Below are positions 7,741 through 17,477 of a stretch of 64,000 bases of DNA, piece after piece. The position numbers and the translations under genes were made by a program. Origin of the DNA: Candidatus Nealsonbacteria bacterium. Its GTDB lineage: Bacteria; Patescibacteriota; Minisyncoccia; Minisyncoccales; JANBVM01. Every line of letters begins with the position of its first letter. Position 1 is the first letter of the stretch. Location: contig CP179887.1 of NCBI GenBank assembly GCA_047456295.1, positions 111,159-175,158 of the forward strand, written 5' to 3'. The notes under the pieces were generated by a model. The model ran no database searches and was not told where the DNA came from. It saw only the letters and a list, made by a program, of their open reading frames with translations.

Positions 7741-8952
7741 ATGATAACTAAGATACTTAGTAAATGGTATACCATATTTTTTTTAATCTTGGCAATAATC
7801 ATAATTGGAGGTTTTTCGAATCTTTCTTTAGAGCCTACCCCTTTGCCGTCACAAGAGGAAAATGATTTCAGTAAAGAAGAGTCTCTTCCAGCTGCTGTCA
7901 GTAAAGCTCCAGCTACCACTACTATTGATACTGAAATACAGGAGTCTACCTTTCAGCCACCAGAAATAGTAAAAGCTGTTTATTTAACCGGTTGGTCAGC
8001 TTCCAATCCCAGGGTTGTTGATTATGTGATTGATATTGCCAAAAACACAGAAATTAATGCAGTAGTAGTTGATGTCAAAGACTGGTCAGGGTATATAACC
8101 TATGATACGAATGTTCTTGAAGCTGAACAATATGAGGCTGAAAGAATATTAATTCCAGACATTGAAGCGTTCGTGGAAAGATTTCATAAACAAGGAATAT
8201 ATGTGATTGCCAGAATTACTGTTTTTCAAGATCCTGTTTTAGCCTGGACTAAACCCAATTTAGCAGTTTATAGAAAGTCAAATAAATTCTTGTTATGGCT
8301 GGATAAATCAGGATTGGCATGGATTGATCCAGCATCTAAAGAGTCCTGGGACTACAACATTGCCATTGCTGAGGATGCCCTGAGTCGAGGTTTTGATGAA
8401 TTGAATTTCGATTATGTGAGATTTCCTTCAGATGGTAATTTAGAAAATATGGGTTTTCCTCTGTGGAATGGAACCACTTCAAAAAATTTAATTATTAAGG
8501 GGTTTTATCAATCTCTTCGGGAAAAACTTCCCCAGGCCACCCTTTCAGTTGATCTCTTTGGGCTTTCCACTGTTAGTTCTAATTTTGGTGTAGGTCAGAA
8601 CATTGAAGATGCCTACCAGTATTTTGATTTTGTTTGCCCAATGGTTTATCCTTCTCATTATGTAGATGGGTTTAGGGGCTATCAAAATCCAGCTGAATAT
8701 CCTTATGAAATAGTGAAATATTCTATGGACAATGCCTTAGAAAGATTAAATGTTTTTAATCAGGTTTATCCAACAAAAGCCAGGTTACGACCTTGGCTTC
8801 AAGACTTTGATTTAGGGGCCACCTATGATAAAGACATGGTTCAATCAGAAATTAACGGTGTTTCTGAGGCACTAGGAGAGCATTTCTCAGGTTTTATGTT
8901 ATGGAATTCAAGAAATGTTTATACAATAGAAGCTCTCTTGCCAGCAGATTAA
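7741..8952 (+). CDS. membrane-anchored putative glycoside hydrolase-like TIM-barrel protein (DUF4015-like)
   Basis: N-terminal TM helix. VKAVYLTGWSA...INAVVVDVKD...LNFDYVRFP pattern. Confidence 0.55.
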   Translation: MITKILSKWYTIFFLILAIIIIGGFSNLSLEPTPLPSQEENDFSKEESLPAAVSKAPATTTIDTEIQESTFQPPEIVKAVYLTGWSASNPRVVDYVIDIAKNTEINAVVVDVKDWSGYITYDTNVLEAEQYEAERILIPDIEAFVERFHKQGIYVIARITVFQDPVLAWTKPNLAVYRKSNKFLLWLDKSGLAWIDPASKESWDYNIAIAEDALSRGFDELNFDYVRFPSDGNLENMGFPLWNGTTSKNLIIKGFYQSLREKLPQATLSVDLFGLSTVSSNFGVGQNIEDAYQYFDFVCPMVYPSHYVDGFRGYQNPAEYPYEIVKYSMDNALERLNVFNQVYPTKARLRPWLQDFDLGATYDKDMVQSEINGVSEALGEHFSGFMLWNSRNVYTIEALLPAD

Positions 8953-8982
8953 AGGTTTTTTAAATAGATGTGTGAATTTTGA

Positions 8983-9008
8983 AAGCAGGAATATGCTGCT
9001 TTTTTTTT
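8983..9008 (+). terminator. Rho-independent terminator
   Basis: AAGCAG (8983-8988) pairs with CTGCTT (8996-9001), followed by a T-run to 9008. Confidence 0.65.
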
Positions 9009-9069
9009 GAAGACTTGATAATTTCATTTTTCTTTTAGAAAATCTATTTATGGTGTATAATATAGAAAA

Positions 9070-9351
9070 ATGTTTATTCAACAAATTGCTTTTTTAATAA
9101 TCTGGATAATTGGTAGTTTTCTAATTGCTCTTTATTTAGAAAAGAAATATGCTTTTTTCAAAAAACTGGTTGGGGTTCTATCTTTCTTGGCAGGTTTTAT
9201 ATTGTTTGTTTTTCTACACAATGCTGTTTATGTTTTGTTTCAGATTGAAGAGGGAATATTCTTTATTTTATCCTTTTTTTCTCTTGGCACTTCAGCTTTT
9301 CTGCTCATTTTCTGGATAATCAAGAGGATAATTGAAATGTCTCGGAAATGA
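9070..9351 (+). CDS. small membrane protein (93 aa)
   Basis: Three hydrophobic helices. Abuts the next gene directly: its stop ends at 9351 and the next ATG starts at 9352. Confidence 0.4.
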   Translation: MFIQQIAFLIIWIIGSFLIALYLEKKYAFFKKLVGVLSFLAGFILFVFLHNAVYVLFQIEEGIFFILSFFSLGTSAFLLIFWIIKRIIEMSRK

Positions 9352-9981
9352 ATGAAAAGGACAATCAGGATTAAAAAATTATATAAAGAACTTTATACAA
9401 AACATGGCAGACCAACCGGTCAGTGGAGGTTATGGTGTAAAAGACCAAAGACTACTAGAGAAAGAGAAGAAATAATAATTGGAGCTGTCTTAACCCAACG
9501 TACAAACTGGAATAATGTTGAAATGGCAATAGCGAGACTGAAAGATGACAAGGTATGCTCTTTGGATGATATCTGTTATCTGGGTCAAAAAAACAGGAAG
9601 AAATTGGTTCGTTTAATTAAGTCATCTGGGTTTTATCGGCAGAAAGGTGGTTATTTGCTGGGTTTAGCCAGGTTTATCAGAAAAAACTATGGAAACATTG
9701 AAAAGATGAGAAAAACAAACTTATCCAGACTAAGAGAAGAACTGCTTTGCCTCAAGGGTTTGGGTCCTGAAACAACAGACAGCATCTTGCTTTATGGTCT
9801 GGAAAAACCTATTTTTGTCATAGATGAATATACCAGACGATTAATTAAAAGATATCGATTGGCCGAAAATCTATCTTATAATTTTTTACAGGAGCTGTTT
9901 GAAAAGAATCTGCCAAAGGATTATCGTTTATATCAGGATTTCCACGCCTTAATTGTTATAGAGGGAAAGAACTTATCATAA
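9352..9981 (+). CDS. endonuclease III-related HhH-GPD protein
   Basis: AVLTQRTNW, LKGLGPETTDSILLY (HhH) and VIDEYTRR. Confidence 0.7.
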   Translation: MKRTIRIKKLYKELYTKHGRPTGQWRLWCKRPKTTREREEIIIGAVLTQRTNWNNVEMAIARLKDDKVCSLDDICYLGQKNRKKLVRLIKSSGFYRQKGGYLLGLARFIRKNYGNIEKMRKTNLSRLREELLCLKGLGPETTDSILLYGLEKPIFVIDEYTRRLIKRYRLAENLSYNFLQELFEKNLPKDYRLYQDFHALIVIEGKNLS

Positions 9982-10002
9982 CTTTTCCTTTTAACGTATT
10001 TA

Positions 10003-10524
10003 ATGTCAAAGAAAAAAATAATTATTGTTGATCAAAATGATAGTGAAATTGGAACAGGAGAGAAACTAATAACCCATAAAGAAGGAAAACTTCACAGGGC
10101 ATTTTCAGTCTTTCTCTTCAATTCCAAAGGAGAGATGTTGATTCAGAAAAGGGCTAAAACAAAATATCACTCTCCATCTCTCTGGTCCAATGCCTGTTGT
10201 TCACATCCTCGACCGAATCAAAAACTTGAAAAGGAAGTTAAAAAAAGATTAAAAGAAGAAATGGGGATTGAATGTGATTTAAAAGAAATCTTCAGTTTTG
10301 TTTACAAGGCAAAGATAGGGAATTTAATTGAGCACGAATTTGACCATGTGTTTTTAGGAAAATTTAATGGAAAACCAAAACCAAATAAGGAAGAGGTACA
10401 AGCTTGGAAATGGATAACCATTAAGAATCTAAAAGCAGATATCAAAAAAAATCCTCAAAATTACACTTATTGGTTTAAATTAATCTTAAACAGGGTATTA
10501 AAAGAAAGAACAAAATATGAATAA
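10003..10524 (+). CDS. idi: isopentenyl-diphosphate delta-isomerase, type 1 (Nudix)
   Basis: LHRAFSVFLFN, LIQKRA..K and WSNACCSHP motifs. Confidence 0.85.
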   Translation: MSKKKIIIVDQNDSEIGTGEKLITHKEGKLHRAFSVFLFNSKGEMLIQKRAKTKYHSPSLWSNACCSHPRPNQKLEKEVKKRLKEEMGIECDLKEIFSFVYKAKIGNLIEHEFDHVFLGKFNGKPKPNKEEVQAWKWITIKNLKADIKKNPQNYTYWFKLILNRVLKERTKYE

Positions 10525-11206
10525 TAAACCCATAAAGCTTTCACCAAGTTCTTTGAATTTATTTATAGAGTGTCCTCTTTGTTTTTGGTTGGCAAAAAGA
10601 GAAGGTATCAGGAGGCCTCCACCTTATCCTTACAGTCTTAATTCAGCTGTAGACCAGCTTTTAAAACAGGAGTTTGATGGCTACCGGAACAGAGGAGAGC
10701 TGCATCCTTTGATTGCCTCTTATAATATCCCGGCTAAACTTTTTTCAAACCAGAAATTATTAAATGAGTGGCGGAATAATTTCAAAGGCATACGTTATTA
10801 TGATCCTGAGTTAAAAGCTACCCTTTTTGGAGCAGTAGATGATGTTTTAGAATTTGATGGTGGAAAATTAGCTCCTCTTGATTTTAAATCTACTGGCAGC
10901 AAGAAAGCTAATATTTACGATAGTTTTCAGCTCCAGATGGATGTCTATACCCATCTTTTAGAGAAGAATGGTTTTCCTACTCCAGGGAAAGGTTATTTTG
11001 CTTTTTATCTTGTTAATAAAGAGAATGGATTTGTTGATAGATTACCCTTTAGGCAAGAATTAAAAGAAGTGGAAACCAATCCTTCTCGTGTTCCAGAACT
11101 TTTTAAAAGAGCTGTTTTGCTTTTAAGAGACAATAAGCCTCCTTTGCACAGTAAAACCTGTAAATTCGGTCATTGGTTCAATGATGTTAAAAATTTAATT
11201 AACTAA
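10517..11206 (+). CDS. PD-(D/E)XK (Cas4/RecB-like) nuclease family protein
   Basis: N-terminal ECPLCFW, then D..LDFKS and Q..Y, with a C-terminal Cys (TCKFG). Confidence 0.5.
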   Translation: MNNKPIKLSPSSLNLFIECPLCFWLAKREGIRRPPPYPYSLNSAVDQLLKQEFDGYRNRGELHPLIASYNIPAKLFSNQKLLNEWRNNFKGIRYYDPELKATLFGAVDDVLEFDGGKLAPLDFKSTGSKKANIYDSFQLQMDVYTHLLEKNGFPTPGKGYFAFYLVNKENGFVDRLPFRQELKEVETNPSRVPELFKRAVLLLRDNKPPLHSKTCKFGHWFNDVKNLIN

Positions 11207-11383
11207 AACAATAATCCTTATAAAGGTTATGTTTTTAAAATTCAGAAGCAAGGGTAGAAGCCAAGGATGTAAAACAGAAAGCAGAGAGCCCGGGTTGGAA
11301 GACTACTCCCTTTTATTCTCAATCTTCTAATTAAGATTAACAGAAATTTGGTAAATCAAATTTATTCTTGATATAATAAAGCA

Positions 11384-11983
11384 ATGGAAGGAATTATCTC
11401 AAAAAAAGAATTTGATAAATTTATGGCAATTAAAGGAGAAACAAGAGGAGCTTCCATTAAAGGTGAAGCAGACTTTGTGCTTAAAGAAGAGGGAGAAGAG
11501 GGATTGAAGAAATTGGAAGATATAATAACAAAACTTGGCTATCCAATAAAATACAAAGAAATGAAAATAATGAACTTTTATCCTTTGGGATTGGAAGGTA
11601 TTACCTTATTAGCCATTAAGAGGCTCTTTAATTATGATGACAAAAAGTTTCAGGAAATGGGAAGGTTTGAATCTAAGCTTTCTTTCATCATCAGGCTTTT
11701 TATGAAATACTTCTTTTCCATTAAAAGGGTGATTAAAGAAGCCCCAAAGATGTGGAGAGAAAATTACACGGTGGGAGATCTTAAGATAGCAGAATTCAAT
11801 GAAGAGAAGAGATATGCAATTGTAAAACTTGAGAATTTCCGTCTTAATTCCATTCTATGTGAAAACCTTAAAGGGTTTTTCCCTAGCATACTTCAAATGG
11901 TAGTAGGCAAGCCTGTGACCTGTGAAGAGACAAAATGTGTTTTTCGGGATGATGATTATCACGAATTTTTGCTGAAATGGTAA
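11384..11983 (+). CDS. V4R-like domain protein, paralog 1 of 3 (199 aa)
   Basis: Paralogous to 51043-51642 and 54210-54809. The C-terminal CEETKCVFR.D.YHEFLLKW resembles the V4R/COG1719 C-terminal signature. Confidence 0.5.
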   Translation: MEGIISKKEFDKFMAIKGETRGASIKGEADFVLKEEGEEGLKKLEDIITKLGYPIKYKEMKIMNFYPLGLEGITLLAIKRLFNYDDKKFQEMGRFESKLSFIIRLFMKYFFSIKRVIKEAPKMWRENYTVGDLKIAEFNEEKRYAIVKLENFRLNSILCENLKGFFPSILQMVVGKPVTCEETKCVFRDDDYHEFLLKW

Positions 11984-12039
11984 AGAATTGATATTATTAA
12001 TATTTAAAAGGTCGTATTAATCATTAACACCAATAAATT

Positions 12040-12840
12040 ATGGAAAGACAAAGATTAAAAATTAAAAAAGAAGAATTATTAAAAATATTCTTTAATGTCA
12101 TAATCTTCTTTTTCATCTTTCTCACTGTTTTGGTAGCCGTCAATATTATTAACGGAATCAAAAAAGGAAGATACATTGGTCAGGAAATAGAAAGACAAAA
12201 TACCATTAGTGTTTCAGCTACAGGTGAGGTCTTCGCTAAACCTGATTTAGCTTTAATTAGCTTTTCCGTTAAGACAGAGGAAAAAACAGTGAGTGAGGCA
12301 ATGCAGGAAAACACAGAAAAAATGAATGCCACAATTGATTTTATGAAAGCGCAGGGAATTGAAGAAAAGGATTTAAAGACCACCAGCTTTAATATTTATC
12401 CCCGTTATGAATACAGAAAGGAAGAAACAGAAACTTATATCTATCCACCTCCTACCGGCAAAAGAGTGCTGGTAGGTTATGAAGTAATACAATCCCTCCA
12501 GGTGAAAATCAGGGATATGAGCAAGATAGGAGACATTATTGAAGGAGCTACCAGGGCAGGTGCCAATGAAGTTGGCGGTTTACAATTTATTATTGACAAT
12601 GAAGATGAGTTTAAAAAACAAGCCAGGAAGCAGGCCATTGAAAAGGCAAAAGATAAAGCCAAAGAATTAGCTTCTCATCTGGGGGTAAGATTGGTAAGGA
12701 TTAGTAATTTTCAGGAAAGCAGCATTATTCCTCGTTTCTATGAGCTTGAAAAAGCAATGGGAGGAGGTGAAACTCCCCAGATTGAAACAGGAGAAAACCT
12801 CATAGAGGTTACTGTATTCATAACCTACGAGATTAATTAG
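12040..12840 (+). CDS. SIMPL (DUF541) domain protein with N-terminal TM anchor
   Basis: ISVSATGEV..KPDLA, GYEV.QSL.VKIRD and GAN..GGLQF pattern. Confidence 0.8.
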   Translation: MERQRLKIKKEELLKIFFNVIIFFFIFLTVLVAVNIINGIKKGRYIGQEIERQNTISVSATGEVFAKPDLALISFSVKTEEKTVSEAMQENTEKMNATIDFMKAQGIEEKDLKTTSFNIYPRYEYRKEETETYIYPPPTGKRVLVGYEVIQSLQVKIRDMSKIGDIIEGATRAGANEVGGLQFIIDNEDEFKKQARKQAIEKAKDKAKELASHLGVRLVRISNFQESSIIPRFYELEKAMGGGETPQIETGENLIEVTVFITYEIN

Positions 12841-12841
12841 T

Positions 12842-13069
12842 ATGGATGAAATAACCAATGTTTTGTTCGGCAATCCATTGTTTCTTTTATTAATTATTCT
12901 TTGGACTATACCCTGGAAAGCAGTGGCTTTATGGAGAGCCTCAAAAAATAATCACAGGAAATGGTTTGTTGCTTTGCTTGTATTAAACACTTTAGCTGTT
13001 TTAGAGATTATATATATTTTCTTTTTTAGCAAACTAAAGAAAACTGAGCTCAAAGAGCATGAAGGTTAA
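12842..13069 (+). CDS. DUF5652-like small membrane protein
   Basis: WKAVALWRASKNNHRKWFVALLVLNTLAVLEIIYIFFF. Confidence 0.5.
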   Translation: MDEITNVLFGNPLFLLLIILWTIPWKAVALWRASKNNHRKWFVALLVLNTLAVLEIIYIFFFSKLKKTELKEHEG

Positions 13070-13604
13070 GCAATTGGTAGTAGGTGAGCTAGAAGGTAAT
13101 TGCTATTTACTGGCTTCAGAAAATGAGTTGGGGGTCATAGATCCCGGGGGAGAGGCAGAAAAGATTTTAGAAGAAATCAGAAAAGCAAAAGCTGAACCAA
13201 AATACATTATCAATACCCATTATCACCCAGACCATACTGGAGCTAACGAAAAGATAAGAGATAAAACAGGGGCAAAAATCTTAATTCATGAAAAAGAAAG
13301 AGATTTTATAGGTTTTAAGGCTGATGAATTCTTAAAAGATGGAGACAAAATAAAAATAGGGGAGAGTATTTTAAAAGTTATTCATACCCCGGGACACACC
13401 TCAGGTAGTATCTGTCTGTTGGGACAGGGTTTTGTTTTAACAGGTGATACTATTTTTAAAGATGGGTACGGTAGGACCGATCTAGCTGGTGGCTCTCAAA
13501 AAGAGCTAGAAAATTCGTTAAAGAAACTATCAGGCTTATTGAAACCAGGGACAAGTGTTTATCCTGGACACGGTGAATCTTTTCGGGTTTTAAAAAATGG
13601 CTGA
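13059..13604 (+). CDS. MBL-fold metallo-hydrolase
   Basis: NTHYHPDHTG (HxHxDH), HTPGHT and a C-terminal GHG. Confidence 0.8.
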   Translation: MKVKQLVVGELEGNCYLLASENELGVIDPGGEAEKILEEIRKAKAEPKYIINTHYHPDHTGANEKIRDKTGAKILIHEKERDFIGFKADEFLKDGDKIKIGESILKVIHTPGHTSGSICLLGQGFVLTGDTIFKDGYGRTDLAGGSQKELENSLKKLSGLLKPGTSVYPGHGESFRVLKNG

Positions 13605-13845
13605 ATTTAAAGAAAAAATTTATCGAGTTGTTAAAAAAATTCCTCCTGGTAAAACAATGACATACAAAGAGGTGGCTGAAAGTGCAGGTTTCCCAAAAGC
13701 CTGGCGGGCAGTAGGGAATGTGTTAAATAAAAACAGGAGTTCAAAGATTCCTTGTCATAGGGTAATTAAGTCTGATGGAAAGGTCGGTGGGTATTATTTA
13801 GGGACCAAGAAAAAGACTTCTTTACTTAAGAAAGAAGAGTCTTGA
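13597..13845 (+). CDS. MGMT-family DNA-binding domain protein (stand-alone C-terminal domain with active-site Cys)
   Basis: TYKEVAE..G.PKAWRAVGN and IPCHRVI. Confidence 0.75.
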   Translation: MAEFKEKIYRVVKKIPPGKTMTYKEVAESAGFPKAWRAVGNVLNKNRSSKIPCHRVIKSDGKVGGYYLGTKKKTSLLKKEES

Positions 13846-14204
13846 CATCATCTTTTGCTTTCTGTAGACTTTAAAGCAGAATTTGAAATTGTTAATTTTT
13901 GAAAAATGTTACATTTATCAACTAAAAAAGTAAATATTCTCAATTTCAACCTTTCAACCTTGGTGGGTCTATTTGTTTTGTTTATTGTCCTGGAAAGGAT
14001 GGGCGGTTTAAGTTTAAGTCATAGATTTGTAGAAACATAAAGAATATATACTTACTCTTTAAAACATACCTCCCAGTTAAACTGGGAATTTTTATTTTTT
14101 GGTTTGAAAATTGTTTATTTTAAAAAGTAAATAGTTTTCAGGCCAAAAATGGTCTGAAATAGATCTTTTACAATAATTCAATTAAAAACTAATTAAAAGG
14201 AGAT

Positions 14205-14405
14205 ATGGTTATGATAGATATTGGAGATAAAACTCTAAGAGTAAAGATAATTCATAATAATGACGGAACATTCTATAAGGAATGGGAATGTCCTTGCTGT
14301 CAGACAATAAATATAGAGAATGATGGAAGTAAAGTAGTTTTTTGTCAAAGTGAGGAGTGTAAGAAGAACGAAAAGGACACTAACTGGTATATCATACTAG
14401 CATAA
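14205..14405 (+). CDS. small Cys-rich (zinc-ribbon-like) protein
   Basis: SD AAGGAG upstream. CPCC...C..EEC arrangement. Confidence 0.35.
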   Translation: MVMIDIGDKTLRVKIIHNNDGTFYKEWECPCCQTINIENDGSKVVFCQSEECKKNEKDTNWYIILA

Positions 14406-14551
14406 TCAAAGAAGAGTGGTTGAATATCGATAATATAAACAGACGAGGTCATTACTGCCAATCCTGCAATTCAGTTCTTTTTTAGCTACAATTCTTTTAT
14501 AGTTTTTGTAAGGGGTTTTACCCTTCTTTTTTTTGTTTTATAATAGTTATA

Positions 14552-15178
14552 ATGCAAATAGATATGGAAAATAAGAGAATGAAAAATCCTAATAAAACTT
14601 TTACTGTTTTGCTTATTGTTTTGGTTCTTCTTTCAATAATAGTTTTTTTGATTGGAAATGAACAATTATTTTTATTTATCAATCAAGGAATTGCCAATCC
14701 TGTTTTAGACTTTATTGTTCTTAACATACTTATTCCTCTTTTTTTTCTGCTGGGAATTATTCCTTTTATTATGCTCTTTTTTGATAAGTATCGGGTTTTG
14801 GGCGCTTTTTCTTTGTTTTCCGGTCCTTTTTGTTATGTTGTCGGGAGCCTAATCAAGCTCTTTTTTAAAATGCCAAGACCATTCAATGTTCTTTCAATCA
14901 GTGTTATAGGACCCTGGCATGTCGGTCAATTTTCCTTTCCCTCTACCACCACCATGCTGGCTTTTGGTTTTGCTCTTCCTTTTTTAATACAAAGGAAACC
15001 AAAATGGAGCTTGTTTTTTTTAACCCTTTCTATTTTGGTGGGTTTTTCCGTAATCTATACGGGATTTCATTTTCCCAGCGATGTCTTGGGAGGAATATTT
15101 TTTTCTATCTTGATAGTTTTATTGTTAAACAAAATTAAAACTATAATTATAAATAAAATGATAGAACATGGAGCTTGA
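14552..15178 (+). CDS. PAP2-family phosphatase (membrane)
   Basis: KMPRPF, FPSTTT and YTGFHFPSDVLGG motifs, with multiple TM helices. Confidence 0.7.
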   Translation: MQIDMENKRMKNPNKTFTVLLIVLVLLSIIVFLIGNEQLFLFINQGIANPVLDFIVLNILIPLFFLLGIIPFIMLFFDKYRVLGAFSLFSGPFCYVVGSLIKLFFKMPRPFNVLSISVIGPWHVGQFSFPSTTTMLAFGFALPFLIQRKPKWSLFFLTLSILVGFSVIYTGFHFPSDVLGGIFFSILIVLLLNKIKTIIINKMIEHGA

Positions 15179-15686
15179 AGAGGTTTTAAAGAATAGACAT
15201 TCCATTAGGAAATTTCAGAAAAAAGATATTCCAGACAATATCATTAAAAGGATTTTAGGATTGGCCAATCTATCTCCTTCTGCTGGAAATTTACAGGCCA
15301 GAAGCGTGGTAATAGTAAAAGATGAGAAAATAAGAGAAAAGATTTCAGAAGCTACCATGGCCCAGCATTTTGTTGCAAAAGCCCCTGTTGTCTTTGTCAT
15401 CTGTGCCAATCTGGAGGAGTCTGCCATTAAATACGGAAAAAGAGGCAGAGAACTCTATGCAATTCAAGATGCCACCATCTTCGCTTCTTATCTGCAGCTA
15501 GCTGTAACCTTATTAAAACTTTCTTCTTGCTGGGTGGGGGCCTTTAATGAAGATAAAATAAAAAAGATTCTGGACCTGCCAGAACAAATAAGACCTGTTG
15601 TAATAATGCCAACAGGTTTTGCAGATGAACAAGCCTTTTTCACTGGAAGAAAGGGTTTGGATGAAATCATTAAAAAACATATTTAA
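15168..15686 (+). CDS. nitroreductase family protein
   Basis: RHSIRKF, LSPSAGNLQ and the typical ~170 aa size. Confidence 0.8.
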   Translation: MELEEVLKNRHSIRKFQKKDIPDNIIKRILGLANLSPSAGNLQARSVVIVKDEKIREKISEATMAQHFVAKAPVVFVICANLEESAIKYGKRGRELYAIQDATIFASYLQLAVTLLKLSSCWVGAFNEDKIKKILDLPEQIRPVVIMPTGFADEQAFFTGRKGLDEIIKKHI

Positions 15687-15688
15687 AA

Positions 15689-16066
15689 ATGAAGTTAATC
15701 CAAAGCTCTGAAAAAATTTATTGGACCAGGCATGCCAGAGGAAAAATGCGGTATTATAGATTGTCAGAAAATAGAGTAAAAAGGGTTTTGAGAAAGCCAG
15801 ATAGAAAAGAATTGGGTATTGCTTTAAATACCATAGCTGTCATGCAAAGAACTGGAACAAAAAAGCATCCAAGTGAAATCTGGCTGATGTATCAAAAGGC
15901 AAGCTTTAAGTATCAAATACCAAAGTCAAACAAGAAAGCAAGGATAATTAGAATAATCAGTGCTTGGCGCTATCCAGGTAAGAGTCCGAAAGGGCAACCG
16001 CCACCAATACCAGAAGACACTCTTTGGGAATTAAAGAAATTAAATGAAGGCCAGAATTCCAACTGA
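15689..16066 (+). CDS. hypothetical protein (possibly DUF4258-like)
   Basis: N-terminal WTRHARGKMRYYRLSENRVKRVL pattern. Weak assignment. Confidence 0.35.
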   Translation: MKLIQSSEKIYWTRHARGKMRYYRLSENRVKRVLRKPDRKELGIALNTIAVMQRTGTKKHPSEIWLMYQKASFKYQIPKSNKKARIIRIISAWRYPGKSPKGQPPPIPEDTLWELKKLNEGQNSN

Positions 16067-16733
16067 ATATTTAAAAAAGAAGATAGGATTTTTGAATTGT
16101 AAGATTGATTTATCAAAAAAAACCTTCATTCCCAGGATTGAAACTGAATACTGGGTCAGGAAAGCAATAAAAGAAATTAAAAAAGAATTAAAAGACAAAA
16201 ACAAGAAAATAAAGGTTTTAGATGTTTTTGCAGGTTCAGGGTGTATAGGCATTGCTATTTTAAAGAGTATTGGAAACAGCCTGGTTGATTTCAATGACAT
16301 TGATAAAAGAGCCATTGCCCAGATCAAAACAAATTTAAAACTAAATGAAATTTCCTCAAAAAGATACAGGGTTTACAAATCAAGTTTCTTTGAAAAACTG
16401 AAAGGAAAAAGATATGACTTTATCTTTGCCAATCCTCCTTATATAGCAAAACAACGAGTAAAAGAGGTAGAAAGCTCTGTTTTAAAATATGAACCTGAGA
16501 TAGCTCTTTTTTCAGGAAAGAAAGGTATTTATCATATTAAACGCTTTCTTAAAGAGGCTAAGAATTTTTTAAAGAAAAATGGTATAATTTATCTTGAGTT
16601 TGACCCAGACCAAAAAGAGGAAATTAAACATATCTTAAAGAAAAATAAATACCCATACTTCAGGTTTTTTAAAGACCAATTCAGGAAATACCGTTGGGTG
16701 AAAATAATATACAAGATACAAAAGACTTGGTAA
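16044..16733 (+). CDS. prmC: release-factor glutamine N5-methyltransferase (short form)
   Basis: FIPRIETE, VLDVFAGSGCIG and FANPPYI (NPPY). Confidence 0.75.
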   Translation: MKARIPTEYLKKKIGFLNCKIDLSKKTFIPRIETEYWVRKAIKEIKKELKDKNKKIKVLDVFAGSGCIGIAILKSIGNSLVDFNDIDKRAIAQIKTNLKLNEISSKRYRVYKSSFFEKLKGKRYDFIFANPPYIAKQRVKEVESSVLKYEPEIALFSGKKGIYHIKRFLKEAKNFLKKNGIIYLEFDPDQKEEIKHILKKNKYPYFRFFKDQFRKYRWVKIIYKIQKTW

Positions 16734-16744
16734 AATTAAAGAAT

Positions 16745-17080
16745 ATGGATTTAACTAAAATCATTGGCTGGTTAACTTTTTTGGCTGGAATCTCAATAAT
16801 ACTTTTTACCCTTTATTCTTCCTATAATATCTTTACTGGAAAGGCTGAGGTGCCTGAGATTTTTGCCTTTGAAATAGATACCCAGCCAACCCAGGGAAAA
16901 ACCCCTGGCTTGCAGGATCAGCTTGGGCAAATGATAACCGAGCAATTAAAGAATATCTTACCCCTGGAAGCAATATCTACACTTTTGAATTTAATGGTTT
17001 GGGCAATGGGAGCAGGGCTTCTAATTTTTGGCGGTAGTCAAATTGCAGGTTTAGGGATTAAATTAATAAAAAAGCAATAA
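16745..17080 (+). CDS. small membrane protein
   Basis: Internal ATG at 16745 preferred over the track start, which overlaps prmC. Two TM helices. Confidence 0.4.
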   Translation: MDLTKIIGWLTFLAGISIILFTLYSSYNIFTGKAEVPEIFAFEIDTQPTQGKTPGLQDQLGQMITEQLKNILPLEAISTLLNLMVWAMGAGLLIFGGSQIAGLGIKLIKKQ

Positions 17081-17091
17081 ATTACACTTCC

Positions 17092-17475
17092 ATGAAACCC
17101 ATATTTATAAAATGGCTGAAATGGCAGTTTTTTGAAGTACCAAAAAATATCTTAGGAGGATGGAAAAACTTTCTTAAATTTGGTTTAAATTACTTTTCCG
17201 TTCCCCTGCTTTTAAAGACACTTTTTTCTCCCTGGAGAAAATATGAATGGTTCTATCCCCGAGGATTTGATTTTTGGGTCTATCTCGAGATATTTATGTC
17301 AAACCTAATCTTCAGAATCCTGGGAGCTATGTTCAGGAGCATCTTGATAGTAATAGGAATCTTGTTTGAGGTTTTTCTATTCTTTTCAGGATTGGGCGTA
17401 TTCTTGGGATGGCTGCTCCTGCCCTTCTTCTTGGTTTTGGGCATCTATGAAGGATTTAGGCTTTTATTACTATAA
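17092..17475 (+). CDS. small membrane protein
   Basis: Hydrophobic C-terminal half. Stop lies 2 nt before the next ATG. Confidence 0.45.
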   Translation: MKPIFIKWLKWQFFEVPKNILGGWKNFLKFGLNYFSVPLLLKTLFSPWRKYEWFYPRGFDFWVYLEIFMSNLIFRILGAMFRSILIVIGILFEVFLFFSGLGVFLGWLLLPFFLVLGIYEGFRLLLL

Positions 17476-17477
17476 CC

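Noticed and set aside
11207-11383. Purine-rich, relatively GC-rich 177-nt spacer upstream of V4R-like paralog 1 as a riboswitch or small RNA.
   Set aside because: Only short imperfect pairings could be drawn (GGGTAG... / ...CTACTCCC). It does not resemble the spacers of the other two paralogs, so evidence is insufficient without covariance data.
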